Assembly (NCBI GenBank): GCA_963706955.1
Contig: CAVPOC010000005.1
Location: 1-64,000, forward strand
Source of the DNA: an uncultured Verrucomicrobiae bacterium
GTDB taxonomy: Bacteria > Verrucomicrobiota > Verrucomicrobiia > Chthoniobacterales > Terrimicrobiaceae
DNA: 64,000 nt
Reading direction: 5' to 3'
Below, piece after piece: positions 1 through 11,526 of the stretch. Position numbers and translations under genes: made by a program. Under the pieces are notes generated by a model. It was not told the DNA's origin. It saw nothing but the letters and a program-made list of their open reading frames with translations, and ran no database searches. Each line of letters starts with the position of its first letter. Within the stretch, counting starts at the first letter, position 1.

Positions 1-1080
1 TGGACTCCGACTGCCTGGGCGACGTTGCACATGGTCATGGGCCGCAAATGGGCCGGACCCAAATCAAAAAGAAATCACGCTGACGCACCACGATCTCGCG
101 CGAGATATTTAAAAGAGCGTGTGCTGGCGTTGCTGGAACAGCGGATAAAGCACCTCCCGCCGCGGAATCTTTTCGCGTAAGTAATCCGCACCTCGCGGTC
201 AGCAGCGGATTGCGAAAGCATATCCTTGTAACGATCGCCAAATCGTAACGAAGGAATCGTTCGTCATCGTTGAGCGAGAGGGTATAATCATCTCCATCTC
301 GCTCAACGATCACGTCGGGCAATATCGTTTGTTCCTCTTCAGACGAGAACGGGCGACCTGGTCGCGGTTCCAACCGGGCAATCGCTTCGGCCGCATTCTG
401 AACGTCGCTCGGGGAGACATGGCACAACTTGGCAATTTCGGGGAGCTTTCGGCGACTGAGTTCCTCCAGATAGTGCTGCACGATTCGACTCTCCAAGCTG
501 TATTGCCGGCCGCTCCGGCGCAGTTGGATAAAAAGGCACTCGGAAAGGCTACGCGCCCCCACACCCGCAGGATCGAAGCCCTATACTATTTCAATCACCT
601 TCTCGGCTTCTTCTTCGCGGCATCCCGCTTGAGAAGCGTTTCGCCGGTGGTCGCGCGCAAATATCCTTGCTCGTCGATGTTCCCAATTACTACCAGGGCA
701 ATGCCGCGATCTTGAGCGCTTATCTCCGAGCCGTTCATCTGCTCGAGGAGGTGCTGCTGGAGCGTCGGGGGCTTCGTTTGTGAATCGAAAAAATGCTGCC
801 GCCGCGCCTGGGCATCTGCGGTCCACGGTTCCGAAGTCGCCCGTTGCGCGTAATATTCGTTCCATTGATCGGTCAGCTCCGATCGTTGGGATTCTTGGGT
901 TTCTGGTTCACGCGCAACTTCCCGCGGCTCTTCCTCAAGGGTCGGATTTAACTCCAGCTCCGCCGTAACAAGCTGCCGAAGCTCCATCAGCGGCGCTTGC
1001 AAGATATGCAAGCTCTGCTGCATCTGCGGAGAAAGCGTCTGCTGTAACGCCAGCCCCTGAGTTTGCTCCATTCCCGCCAT
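1..1080 (-). CDS. rpoN: RNA polymerase sigma-54 factor (3' end beyond window; frameshifted)
   Basis: N-terminal LQQTLSPQMQQSLHILQAP region I; core PTLQQHLLEQ, GARSLSECL, PDVIVE; the window edge reads LRPMTMCNVAQAVGV. ORFs 595..1098 and 35..562 joined by indels. Confidence 0.93.
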
Positions 1081-1146
1081 AGCCGGAGCAAATTTCAATA
1101 CTTACGTCGAGCGAGCAAGCATTCTTCGCGCCAAAATCCGTTTAAA

Positions 1147-1381
1147 GAGACTGTTGAGAAACTGACGCATGTCCCGCGCGAGCTCTGGGGTGGATATCGG
1201 TGGAGCGACGAAGGAGTTCGCGCCGAGAAGGGGTGGGACCCTTTCTTCCACCAGGGTTGCACCACTTTTCGGCCCTCGCGGTATCGCCAAGCTTGCACTG
1301 CGGCTACGACCTGCGCTTGTCTCCTGGCGATCTTCCGAAACTTGGCAGCAACCTGGCATACGTCAGTTTTTCAACAGTCTC
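1147..1381. mobile_element. MITE-like element, 21-bp terminal inverted repeats
   Basis: GAGACTGTTGAGAAACTGACG (1147-1167) and CGTCAGTTTTTCAACAGTCTC (1361-1381) match 20/21 as inverted repeats; 235 bp, no transposase. Confidence 0.7.
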
Positions 1382-1418
1382 CTTAGGCGCGAGATCTGCT
1401 TCCGCGACGCTGTCCTGC

Positions 1419-2323
1419 TCAAAGTAGCTCTGCCTGTTGGAGGGTGTCACGCCTTTCGGATTCTGCTTCGACCTCTTTTATCAGCGTTCTGAATTCGCAT
1501 TCTTGGAGGGCGGCGATGAGAGGATCGTATCGCGGCACAATTCTGAGGTCCTCGAGCGGTTTGGGAAGTGGCAGCTCGTCATCGAGAGCAATCATGCGAC
1601 GGTTGGCTTGGATCAAGTCCTTGGCGTTGGCGAGCCGCTCTCTAATTTCTCGGGGAAGACTGTGGCTAACTGCTTCAACAGATTCTCGACGGTTCCATAG
1701 GTGTGAATGAGCTGCGCAGCAGTCTTTCCTCCGATGCCAGGGACACCTGGAATATTGTCTGTGCTGTCGCCAGTCAGCGCGAGAATTTCTCCAATCTGTG
1801 ACGGGTCAACGCCCCATTTTTCCTTGATCTGCCGCGGACCGAGGAGAGCGAATGCATCGGTGCCTGCGTCAGCTTTGGCGGTCGAATAGATGACGACATG
1901 TTCGCTGGTGAGTTGAAGGATATCTTTATCGTTGGTCGCGATGACAACGTTCTGCCCCGCCGCGACAGCTTTGCGCGTGTAGGAAGCGATGAGATCGTCG
2001 GCCTCTGTCGCAGGGGCGCTCAAGCTGGAAAAACCAGTCAAGGGTAGCTTCTCTTGAAGCCAGATTTCCTGGGAGCGGAGCTCGAGAGGCATCTCGGGGC
2101 GATGTTGTTTGTAGCCAGACTGAAGAGAGGTTCGCCGGTCTGGTAATCCGTGGTCCCACAGCACGGCGCCAAGATCCGGCTTCAGATCCGTTACCATCTT
2201 CCGCGTTGCTTTCAGAAATCCGTAGATCGCGTTGGTAGGCTCGCCTCGCGAATTGGCCAGCCCGCGAATGGCAAAGAAAGATCGATACAAATAGTAATGG
2301 CCATCGATGAGAAGCAGACGCAT
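1419..2323 (-). CDS. Stand-alone 5'-3' exonuclease (PolA N-terminal/ExoIX-like), frameshifted
   Basis: LLLIDGH..YRSFFA, EADDLIAS, ATNDKD, GDSTDNIPGVPGIGGKTA (H3TH); C-terminus in ORF 1419..1616; no polymerase domain. Confidence 0.9.
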
Positions 2324-2419
2324 GAGCCGACAGTCACCTCCGAGCCCGAGGATGCCAGTGCGTTCCCAGTTATAGCGACTTGACGGAAGGCAACTTGTTT
2401 TCTAGGTTGCGCCCCCTGC

Positions 2420-3603
2420 ATGTTTTGTCGAGTTCTTGCGCCCTTCCTTTTTGTTTTAGCGTTTCTGTATTCAGTGGTGGCGCAAACTCCGACTCAAGTA
2501 ACGCCGCCGTCGTCTTTAGGCACGGTCTCTCGGGCGCCTGAATTCAGGCGAGGCGAGCGCCTTTCAGGCTGCCGAGGATTTTTACGCCGCCAAAAACTAC
2601 GACAGTGCGCTTTCCACCTATAAGCGCTTTCTCAAGGCCTACCCTTCTTCAAAGCTGGCCTCCAAGGCTCAACTTCAGATCGCCGATATTCTGCTGATCC
2701 AGGGCCGCTGGAAAGCATCCTTTGACGCTTATCAGAATCTGATTACCCGTTATCCTGACACGCCGGAGTTCGAAGGGGCGGTGGCGCGGCAGGTCCTTAT
2801 TGCCAATTCCTATTTGGATATGAGGAGAGTCATGGTTCTTGGCTACGGAGTGCCCGTCCCTGGCATTACAGGTATCGAGCAGGCGGCCAAGATGTATGAG
2901 ACCATTCTCAAGAATGCGCCTTACAGTATCTACGCGCCGATTACGCAGTTTAATCTCGGTCTCGCTTTTCAGCGCGGAAGGAAGATCAAGGAAGCGCGCG
3001 AATCCTACCAGAAAGTGCTCGACAAGTATCCAAACAGCGATGTCTGCGATGACGCCCTCTACCAGATTGCCTATATTTACATGCAGCTGGGCTTGACATC
3101 GAGCTCCCAGTATCTTTCCGCACTCGTTCTTGCCAGGGAGACTTTCGAAGATTTTCTCCTGCAGTATCCCGCAGCGAAAAGGCGCCGCAAGCGCGAGACA
3201 ATCTCGCGACCATCGGACGCACCGAGGCCGGAAACCTGATCGACATTGCGAAGTGGTACGACTGGTCGAAAGACTACAAAGCCGCGATTATCTATTACAA
3301 CGACGTGGTTCGGAAACAACCGCGAACGCCGGACGCGGAGTTGGCCAAGACACGCATCGAGGAGCTTCGCGGCCAGTACGGTGATGATGTGCTCCGTGTC
3401 GGATCGGAGCGTGCTGATCGGGAGAAAAATTGGCGTTGCGTCGGCGTCTGCAAGCGCAGGTGGAAACTTCCGCGCTTTCCAATTTTGATGGGCCCTCCAA
3501 ACGCGACATTGCCCCTGACGAGTTGCCGGTGGTGAAGCGACCCCGTGTTCGCACCGATTCCCGGGACATCCAGCCGATCGAGCCGCTGCTTCCCACCCAA
3601 TGA
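2420..3603 (+). CDS. BamD-like TPR outer-membrane assembly protein (multiple frameshifts)
   Basis: Signal peptide, repeated TPR-like units (YQKVLDKYPNSDVCDDALYQIA, FEDFLLQYP); stop overlaps the lptE start. Confidence 0.7.
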
Positions 3604-4103
3604 ACCGACTTGTTGCCGCCATCATTCTCTGCGGGCTGATTGGCGGCTGCGGCTACAAATTGGGAGAGATCCGGCCGACGCCGATGCGCTCTGTTCGCAC
3701 CTTGGCGGTGCCGACCTTCAAGAACCGGACGTATGAGCCGCGCGTCGAGGTTCTCCTGGCGGATACACTTATTAAGACTCTGCAAGAGGATGGCACTTAC
3801 ACGATCGTCTCTGACGACATCGCAGATGCGATAATGAACTGCACGCTCAACAGGGTAGAGCGCCGTTCTATCCGCTCTGTCCAGAACAACGTGCTGGCCA
3901 CCGCGGAGTTCGGCCTTTATCTCGATATCGCTTACGAGGTCACCGACCGCGTCACTGGCAGCATTCTCAAAAAGGGCCGGGTAACCGGTAGATCGACATT
4001 CTTTAGCAATACCGATCTCCAGACCACCGAGCGCCAGGCCATTCCGATTGCAGCTCGAAACGCCGCCGTTGAGTTGACAACGGAAGTGTCAGAGGGCTGG
4101 TAG
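3600..4103 (+). CDS. lptE: LPS assembly lipoprotein LptE
   Basis: Lipobox IGGC-GYKLG, TLAVPTFKNRT.EP.VE motif. Confidence 0.85.
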   Translation: MNRLVAAIILCGLIGGCGYKLGEIRPTPMRSVRTLAVPTFKNRTYEPRVEVLLADTLIKTLQEDGTYTIVSDDIADAIMNCTLNRVERRSIRSVQNNVLATAEFGLYLDIAYEVTDRVTGSILKKGRVTGRSTFFSNTDLQTTERQAIPIAARNAAVELTTEVSEGW

Positions 4104-4109
4104 GAGCCG

Positions 4110-4816
4110 TTGCTGACCGTCGTTCCGACCCCTATTGGCAATTTGCAGGACATAACCCTGCGAGCACTACAGACCCTGCGGGAAACAGATCTGATTGCGG
4201 CTGAAGACACGCGCCGTTCAGCGATTCTTCTCCTTCATCACAATATCAAGAAACCGATGATCAGCTTGCACGAGCACAACGAGGAGGCGCGCACGGCTGA
4301 GTTGGTCGAAGAAATTGCCGGCGGCAAGTCTGTTGTATTAATCACAGATGCGGGGATGCCGGGAATATCCGATCCGGGGTTCCGTCTAATTCGCGCGTGT
4401 CGTGAGCGTGGCCTCGGTGTGGATGTCCTCCCGGGGCCAAGTGCAGTGATCACGGCGCTGGTGGGCTCAGGCCTTCCCACCAACGCCTTTTACTTCGGGG
4501 GATTCGTTCCGGTAAAAAGCGGCCGCCGTCGCGCTGAGCTCGAACGGGCTGTCTCGCGCCCGAAACGAGTGTCTACTTTGAGTCGCCGCATCGCCTGCTG
4601 AAGACGCTGCAGGTTCTCGCTGAGGTGGCTCCGGAATCCGATGTCTGTGTCGCCAGGGAGCTCACCAAGAGATTCGAAGAGTACCGACGCGGAGCTCCAG
4701 CCGAGCTTTGTGCCCATTATGAGAGCCGTAGACCGAAGGGTGAGATCACCCTCGTGATCTCGCGCGTGTCTCGCGGGAGCGGAAATAGAACTGAGGCAAG
4801 TTCCGAAAGCTGCTAG
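4110..4816 (+). CDS. rsmI: 16S rRNA (cytidine1402-2'-O)-methyltransferase, frameshifted
   Basis: VPTPIGNLQDITLRA, AEDTR, DAGMPGISDPG, RELTK..EE, KGEITLV. Confidence 0.95.
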
Positions 4817-4867
4817 AGGAAAATACGCGCCTCGAATCTCGGTACGAGCGAAAGCCCTAAAATCCAT

Positions 4868-5420
4868 TTGAACGCCCTTCAGGATAACAAAGCTGGTCAG
4901 TCGGACTTAGCCCGGCCTCCCCGGTCGCGGTATTTGCGGCCGGATCAGCGGAAATCTCGGGCAGTTCTCGCCTTCGTTTTCATGGCGTTGCTGGCAGGCG
5001 TGGCGCTATTGCCATTTGCCTCGAGATCGCCCCTGGTGAGTGTGCAAACATGCGCGTTCAAGGGCGCTACCGGCCTTCCGTGCGCCCTCTGCGGAGGTAG
5101 CCGGGCGGCGCAGGCGGTGCTGCGCGGCGACTTCGCTCAAGCGTGTTATCTCAATATGGCAGCGCTGCCATCCATCGCGATTGTGGCCAGCGTCGTCCTC
5201 TTGTTGTGGTCCGAGGCCATCGGTGGAAATGCAGTGATCGAATTGGGGGAGGTTGCCGCAAAGGATTCGACCCCTTTTGCCGCTTTTGCTGGCGTTCTTC
5301 TGCTTTTACTGGATCGTTCATATTGCCGATGCCATCCGCGCTGCGAAGCCAGAGCTCATCGACGTTCGCAACCCGATCGCCCGCTTTATCTGCCAGCGCT
5401 TTTTGGATTCGGAGCAGTGA
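4868..5420 (+). CDS. DUF2752 family membrane protein
   Basis: C.FK.ATGLPCALCGGSRA....L.GD..A...N motif. Confidence 0.75.
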
Positions 5421-5458
5421 TTTGCGCTCGACGTCCGGGTCCGTAAAACTTACACGGC

Positions 5459-6074
5459 CTGACCAAGGAATTGGTTCTACGCGAAGGATGGCCAGCAGGT
5501 CGGACCGCTGCAGTTCTCCGAATCGAGCCCCTTCGTGCCGAAGGGCAGCTAACCGATGACACGCTTGTCTGGCAGCAAGGAATGGCCAATTGGATTTAGC
5601 TCTCCAGCGTTTCGAAGCCTCTCGTCGAAAAGTCTGTCGCCGAGGTTCCGGCGAGTCCAACGCTGACCCCAACTCCGCCGCAGCCCCTCTCCAGCGACGC
5701 GACGGCGTTGCCCGACTACGGCGATTTGCTTTCTTGGGGCATTAGGCATTCTCCTGCCCTGCGCCGGACTGGCCGTATACATCGCGCTTATCGTCCTTCA
5801 TGTCCTTGAATTTAGCGCGGTCCGCAAAGCGATCGCTGCCGGTCGACTCCCAGAGACTGACTACAGCAAAATCTATCCCGCGCTCTTTATTCTCGGACTC
5901 GTCTGCTGCGGCGGCATCTGCTACCCCTCTTTATGTAATTCCGAAACCGCACAGGCTATTTCAAACCTCAGCCCTACGCGGTTTGGGTAGCGATTATCGC
6001 TTTGGTTCTGAGCATCGGAATTAATGTCGCCCTCAATCTCGGGAACGGCCGCGCTGCAGCAAGCATCGCAGTAA
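5459..6074 (+). CDS. GYF_2 (DUF4339) domain membrane protein, broken by indels and absent from the ORF track
   Basis: Manual translation: WFYAKDGQQVGPLQFSE...EGQLTDDTLVWQQGMANW followed by hydrophobic segments; stop at 6072-6074. Confidence 0.7.
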
Positions 6075-6075
6075 A

Positions 6076-7429
6076 TCACGTGCTTTTGGGACTTCGCTTC
6101 CTCGCACGCAGACTCAAAAAGATAGGCAAACCGGGAAACTCCCACCTTTCCCGCAATCGTGCGCGAAGAAAGTTCAAGTAACTTTCCGGTAGGAGCCGGG
6201 GGTCATTCACGAAAAGAAGGAAGATTGGTGGCTGAAATGGATTGGGCTTCTCTGGCAGGAGTTGAGTGGCATAGAGAAGCTTGAAGCGCCGATTGCCCCG
6301 CAAGGGCGGAGCTTGACGTTCCATGATGGCGCGAAGGAATCGATTTAGCTCGCCTGTGCCTGTTCGTCGGCTTCGCATGCTGTCGGATCTTTTCGATCGT
6401 CGTAAAGAGCCTGTTTACCTGCCCTCGCGTCTTCGCCGACAGGGCGACGATCGGCGCGTGGTCCAGGAAGAATAGTTTTTCGCGGACGCGGGCCACCTGT
6501 TCTCGCAAGAGTCCGGAATCGAGCCGTGCTTGGGATTGAATTAGATCCCACTTGTTCAGCGCGATGACGCAGGCCCTCCCAGACTTCTGAATGAGCCCGG
6601 CAATTTTCTTGTCCTGGGTGAGAACTCCCGCGGTGGCGTCGATGACCAGCACGCAAAGATCGGCGCGTCTGATGGCCTCCTCGGATCGCATGACGCTGAA
6701 TACCTCCACCGACGCATCATGTTTTGAACGGTGGCGAATTCCTGCGGTGTCGCAGAAGATAAAGGGTTTTCCATTCCACTCGCCCGCAGTGTCGATGGCG
6801 TCACGCGTGGTTCCTGGGATTTCACTCACGACAGTGCGTTGATCGCCGAGAATGGCGTTCACCAGTGAAGATTTGCCGACATTTGGTCTGCCAACGAATG
6901 CGAGCTTCGGAGCGTCAGGAGGAGTAATGCTCTCTTCTGCCGGCAGAAGGCTCTCAATCGCTTGGACAAGCTCACCGGTTCCACGCCCATGCGCCGCGCT
7001 TACGCCGAGCGTCTTGGAGAATCCAAGCTTGGCAAAGTCCGCGGTGAAATCCTCGTGCTTTGGCGCGTCTAGCTTGTTGACGACGAGAATTACGCGCTGA
7101 TGCCATCGGCGGAGCCTCTGGGTTAGTTCTAGATCCAGCGGGGTGGCACCATGCTGACCATCAACCACGAAGAGGAGCAAATCCGCGCTTTCGATGGCGA
7201 TCTGAGTAGCCGCATGCGTTTGCTCCGCAAAATCTGGATCAGGGCTCGCGCCGATACCGCCGGTGTCGATAATTTCAAAGGGCGCGACACCGAGGCGGCA
7301 AATCGCAACGACCCGATCACGGGTGACGCCGGGTTGATCATGCACGATTGCAATCTTGCGACCCGCGAGACGATTGAACAAAGCGGATTTGCCCACATTT
7401 GGCCTTCCGACGATTGCGACGCTACGCAT
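6076..7429 (-). CDS. der: Ribosome biogenesis GTPase Der (EngA), frameshifted near C-terminus
   Basis: Two GRPNVGKS G-domains, DTGG/DTAG, NKLD/NKWD, and a KH-like C-terminus in ORF 6076..6378. Confidence 0.96.
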
Positions 7430-7994
7430 GCGGAGTGTCGTGGTGCCTTAATCGAGTGATACCGTCAAAAAGATATCCGATGCCACTGATCAGCGTAAAC
7501 AGCCCTGCGGCATAGACGGAATAGAGATGAAACGGCCATTGCAGCATCACCCACGCAATGGCCACCATCTGTAGGGCGGTGGCGCTCTTTCCCCAGAAAC
7601 TGGGCCTGACTTCAAGATCTCCATTAAGATGCTTGAGGAGGACACAACCAGTGACAATTACCGCGTCGCGCGCGATCACAAGGACAGGAAACCAAAGCGG
7701 AAAAGCATATGTCCACTTGCTCAAGCTTAGGGTGATGATCGCCGTGAGCAGCAGTCCTTTGTCAGCAATAGGATCCAAGACAGCGCCGAGTCGACTTCGC
7801 TGGCCATAGCGACGGGCTACCCATCCGTCGAGGCAATCGGTGATCGACGCAATCAGGAATACGATCACTGCCGCCCAGCGGTGCCACTCCTCGGGTCGTC
7901 CCTGCTCAACACTCCGGCCATAGTAGACCGCAAAGAGCACGAAGAGCGGAATGAGCAATATGCGCGCAATCGTGATCTTGTTGGCCAAAGTCAT
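7422..7994 (-). CDS. CDP-alcohol phosphatidyltransferase (PgsA-like)
   Basis: ANKITIARI, TDCLDGWVARR....S.LGAVLDPIADK signature. Confidence 0.9.
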   Translation of the reverse strand: MTLANKITIARILLIPLFVLFAVYYGRSVEQGRPEEWHRWAAVIVFLIASITDCLDGWVARRYGQRSRLGAVLDPIADKGLLLTAIITLSLSKWTYAFPLWFPVLVIARDAVIVTGCVLLKHLNGDLEVRPSFWGKSATALQMVAIAWVMLQWPFHLYSVYAAGLFTLISGIGYLFDGITRLRHHDTPHA

Positions 7995-8011
7995 AATGAG
8001 AACTCTGTGTC

Positions 8012-9226
8012 GTGGAAAGGCTCGTTCACAGCGAAAATTTCTGGCTCAACTTGCGCCGTGGTCCAGGAATTCAAGTGGATTGCGCTGTCACTAGCGACAA
8101 TCTGGGTGGTCGCGCTCTGTGCGTCCCCTCGGTGCGGGATTCCTATGCGAATGGCTGGAGATGCCTGCTGCGACACGCGTCGTTCTGGAAGTTGCCGGGA
8201 GGCTTTGCTCTCGCGTATGGCCTTTTCCAGCTGCTGGACTTTTGTTTGCTTCAGTGGAGGATCGGGCGAGTTCCGGAGTTTGCTCCATTGATCGCACGGA
8301 TGCCGCTGGACTATCGGCAGATCGCCTTGGATTCGATCCTTCCAGCCGCTGAGTTATTGGCAGCCGCGCTAAATTGCCTGGTGGCGACATTTCCGGTTTC
8401 GATTGTTTGCGGACTCCTCTTTCTCGCCAACTATCGTGGTCTTACTGGTGAGCTGGGCTACGCTTTGTTGCGACGATATCGAATTTGGGGTTGGCTATGG
8501 CTTGGTCTCCTCGCTGCATGCGCCTCGGCTTCGCTCCTCAAACCTCTGACAATTCTCACCTTGCCGGAATTGGCCAGGATCCTGTCCTTTCACGAGCTCT
8601 TATTGGTTTGCAGTGTCGTAAACGGACTCTCATTTGCCTTCGAATACCTCCTCGGCACTTGCCTTCAAGTATACTTGCTTCTGATTGCCTACGGCTGGGT
8701 GCGGGGTCTTCATTTTCGGCGTGCTCGTGTGCTGCAATTTGCCGTCCGTCGCATGGGTTTTGTTCTCAAGTGGGCACTGGTTATCGTTCTTGCGACGGTC
8801 GCGCTCGTTCATTTGCCTCTCCTTCTCGAGGCATGGCTTACTGGAGATCCGATTGGCTGGAGGACCTTGATCCTCGTGGAAATAATCTCTCGTCCAATGC
8901 TTGCAGCCATCATGCTCTTGATGGCCACCGTGCAGATCCGGTTGGTCCTTCACAACGACTCTCTTCGCGGCGCGGTCGCAGCGCATGGACGCTTCCTAAA
9001 AAGGCATGGACTAAGGTGCCTGATTTTCTTGCTCGCTGGATTCTCCGTCCTTTTCCTACTGCAGATTCTGCGCTTGGGCGGAGGTGCCTGGCTTGGCGCA
9101 CCCATCTTCAAGCAGGCCTGGTCATTAGTCCTGGAAACCGGCGGAGCCATCATCGGAGGCTGGATTCTCGCCTCCTGGGTTTGCTTTTATAAGAGATGCG
9201 AGGCGTCGCGGAACATTACTTTCTGA
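8012..9226 (+). CDS. Hypothetical polytopic membrane protein
   Basis: 404-aa ORF with many hydrophobic helices. Confidence 0.7.
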   Translation: MERLVHSENFWLNLRRGPGIQVDCAVTSDNLGGRALCVPSVRDSYANGWRCLLRHASFWKLPGGFALAYGLFQLLDFCLLQWRIGRVPEFAPLIARMPLDYRQIALDSILPAAELLAAALNCLVATFPVSIVCGLLFLANYRGLTGELGYALLRRYRIWGWLWLGLLAACASASLLKPLTILTLPELARILSFHELLLVCSVVNGLSFAFEYLLGTCLQVYLLLIAYGWVRGLHFRRARVLQFAVRRMGFVLKWALVIVLATVALVHLPLLLEAWLTGDPIGWRTLILVEIISRPMLAAIMLLMATVQIRLVLHNDSLRGAVAAHGRFLKRHGLRCLIFLLAGFSVLFLLQILRLGGGAWLGAPIFKQAWSLVLETGGAIIGGWILASWVCFYKRCEASRNITF

Positions 9227-9227
9227 G

Positions 9228-9895
9228 ATGATTCTTTCGTGCCAGGACCTTTGCTGCCAGCGAACCAACTGGAACGAGTGTGACCAGGTGTCAATTCGCG
9301 ATGTGACGCTCTCGTTCTTTCCGGAACGTTCTACGAGTTTAGCGGGCCGGATCATTCTGGCAGAGACCTCCTCATGAATAATCTGGCTCTTCTTGAGCCG
9401 TGGGACTCAGGAACAATCTGGCTTGATGGACGAAACCTACACCAGATCTTGGAAAGTGATCTTCGGCGGCTACGTAACGAAACCTTCGGGTTTGTCTTTG
9501 AGCATCCCTGTCTCTTACCGTCCTTCTCCGTAGCGGAAAATGTGGCCATGCCCCTGTTCCGCATCTGTGGCGCAGACGCTAATGCCGCTCGGGAGCGAAC
9601 TCATGACGTGCTCGACTTTTGCGGCATCCCGGAACTTCAAAATCAGCTCGCCGGCCGCCTGGCCTCATTTGCTCAGCGGCGGGCTGCCTTGGCGCGTGCC
9701 TTGGTTCATGGTCCGCGAATCCTGGTCGGCATCTGCCCGTCTGCCCCCAGCGATCTCCACGATTTAGCGTGGCGAGCTGCCGACGAGCTCGGCGTTTGCG
9801 TGCTTTGGGCGGGGCAGGATGGATCCGCCAGCGGAAAGGCGCAGAGAAAGATTCAGGTGCGCGGCGGCTACGTCTTATGTGAACGGCAAATGTGA
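9228..9895 (+). CDS. LolD/FtsE-like ABC ATP-binding protein with degenerate motifs (one indel)
   Basis: LRNETFGFVFEHPCLLPSFSVAENVAMPL and QRRAALARALVHGPRIL are LolD-like; the Walker A position reads GPDHSGRD. Confidence 0.75.
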
Positions 9896-10752
9896 GTGTA
9901 CCCCGTCTGCAACTTGCCTCCCCCGTAGGCGCAAAGAAATCCAACCTGGCGTTTGCCCTCGGATGTCTGCCACCTGCCCGGCGGCGGGACGCGTTGGTGT
10001 TCTACGACTTTTGTCGCGCAGTTGACGATATCGCCGACGATCCCGGACGCTCTTCTGAGGAAAAGCGCGAACTTCTCGAACTTTGGAAAACATGCCTGAA
10101 CCGCGAGAGAGACCTGCCGGAACCCCTTATAGGGGTGCTGGTCCGCCATGGCATTGATCGTCGGCTGTTGTTCGAGATTGTCCTCGGTGTCGAAACCGAT
10201 ATTGAGCCTACCCGCTTTCAGACTTATGAAGACTTACGCACTTACTGCTGGCGAGTGGCCAGTGCCGTCGGTCTCGTCAGTATCGAAATTTTCGGCTGCA
10301 AAAATCCAGCAAGCAAGAGCTACGCCGAGTTGCTCGGCTATGCCTTGCAGATGACCAACATTCTTCGCGATGTCGCCGAAGACGCCGCCGTCGGTCGCAT
10401 CTATCTGCCAATTGAAGATCTGCGAAAGTTTGACGTCAGCGAGAGCAGCCTCCTGGCTGGAAAACCGAGCGGCAATTTTACTGCTCTCATGCGCTTCGAG
10501 GCAGGCAGAGCCCGCGCGCTTTTTGCCGACGCTCGCCACGCTCTTCCGGACGACGACGCAGACTCCCTCAAACCCGCCGAACTTATGCGCACGATCTATG
10601 AGCGCATCCTCTCCCGCATGGAGGCGGACAACTTTCGCGTCTTCGCGAAGCGCTATCGACTGTCTCGAGTAGAAAAGCTCCTCGTCTTTCTCTACTTCCG
10701 GTTTGGGCCCCTTTCCTTCGTCACGAGCAGCCGCGTGGGAATTATCTGGTAG
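9892..10752 (+). CDS. Squalene/phytoene synthase family protein (HpnD-like)
   Basis: YDFCRAVDDIAD, YCWRVASAVG, LQMTNILRDVAEDA..GRIYLP. Confidence 0.92.
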   Translation: MSVPRLQLASPVGAKKSNLAFALGCLPPARRRDALVFYDFCRAVDDIADDPGRSSEEKRELLELWKTCLNRERDLPEPLIGVLVRHGIDRRLLFEIVLGVETDIEPTRFQTYEDLRTYCWRVASAVGLVSIEIFGCKNPASKSYAELLGYALQMTNILRDVAEDAAVGRIYLPIEDLRKFDVSESSLLAGKPSGNFTALMRFEAGRARALFADARHALPDDDADSLKPAELMRTIYERILSRMEADNFRVFAKRYRLSRVEKLLVFLYFRFGPLSFVTSSRVGIIW

Positions 10753-11483
10753 AGCCAGTCAACGTGGAGGGGCAAAGTCCCCCCGCGGGCGTCTGGCAGT
10801 GCTTTGACGACCAGCAGATCGGCTGCGAGCCCCTGAATTACCTCACACAACGCGTATCCCGTATTGGATGTGACAATCCGCGTTTCGATGTCAACGCCCG
10901 AGTCGAAGAGCGGCGCAGAGAGCTCCTCCAACCAAACCTCCAAATCCTGCGCGGCCTCTCCGCGGGATGCAGCGATAGCGGCGGCGAAAGGAGTCTCGGT
11001 GACCGCGATGGTGGCGTGTTCAGGCCGAAGAAGCTCCAAGGACCTCTGTAGAAAATGTGCCACGTCCTCGCCCGGCTCCAAGGCGAAGACCACTCGACGC
11101 AAGATGTCTGGAGAATCGAGCGGCCGGGGAACAAGGAGAAGATCACAGGGCGCGTCGCGCATCAGTTCGCGAGCTACACTGCTGGTGAACGGGCGATCAG
11201 CATCCTCGACTTGCAAGGCGCCTGCGATGACCAGTTCGTAATCATAGTCCTGTGCGGCACTAATGATCGCCTGGGCTGGCGGATGCCTATTGACCCAGCG
11301 GATCGCGGCATCCCGTCCCATCACTTCAAGAAAACGCCGTTCCTTCTCGGCATCGAATTGCGCTGCATGAACGATCTCCAGCTCGGCGCCCAGATAGCGG
11401 GCGAAGGATTCAGCCTCCGCAAGCACCGCTTCAAACGTCGGTGAGAAGGTGGAAGCAACTGCCACGCGCCGATAGGTCCTCAT
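10692..11483 (-). CDS. Universal stress protein
   Basis: YRRVAVASTFSP, PAQAII, SVARELMRDAPCDLLLVP. Confidence 0.8.
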   Translation of the reverse strand: MRTYRRVAVASTFSPTFEAVLAEAESFARYLGAELEIVHAAQFDAEKERRFLEVMGRDAAIRWVNRHPPAQAIISAAQDYDYELVIAGALQVEDADRPFTSSVARELMRDAPCDLLLVPRPLDSPDILRRVVFALEPGEDVAHFLQRSLELLRPEHATIAVTETPFAAAIAASRGEAAQDLEVWLEELSAPLFDSGVDIETRIVTSNTGYALCEVIQGLAADLLVVKALPDARGGTLPLHVDWLYQIIPTRLLVTKERGPNRK

Positions 11484-11526
11484 CACCGGCAAAGTCGCCC
11501 CGCTTCCCATTCAGCGCCAGTGGAAA

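Noticed and set aside
10692..10752. 61-bp convergent overlap of the squalene synthase-like and USP genes
   Set aside because: Short tail-to-tail overlaps are common and may reflect a terminal indel.
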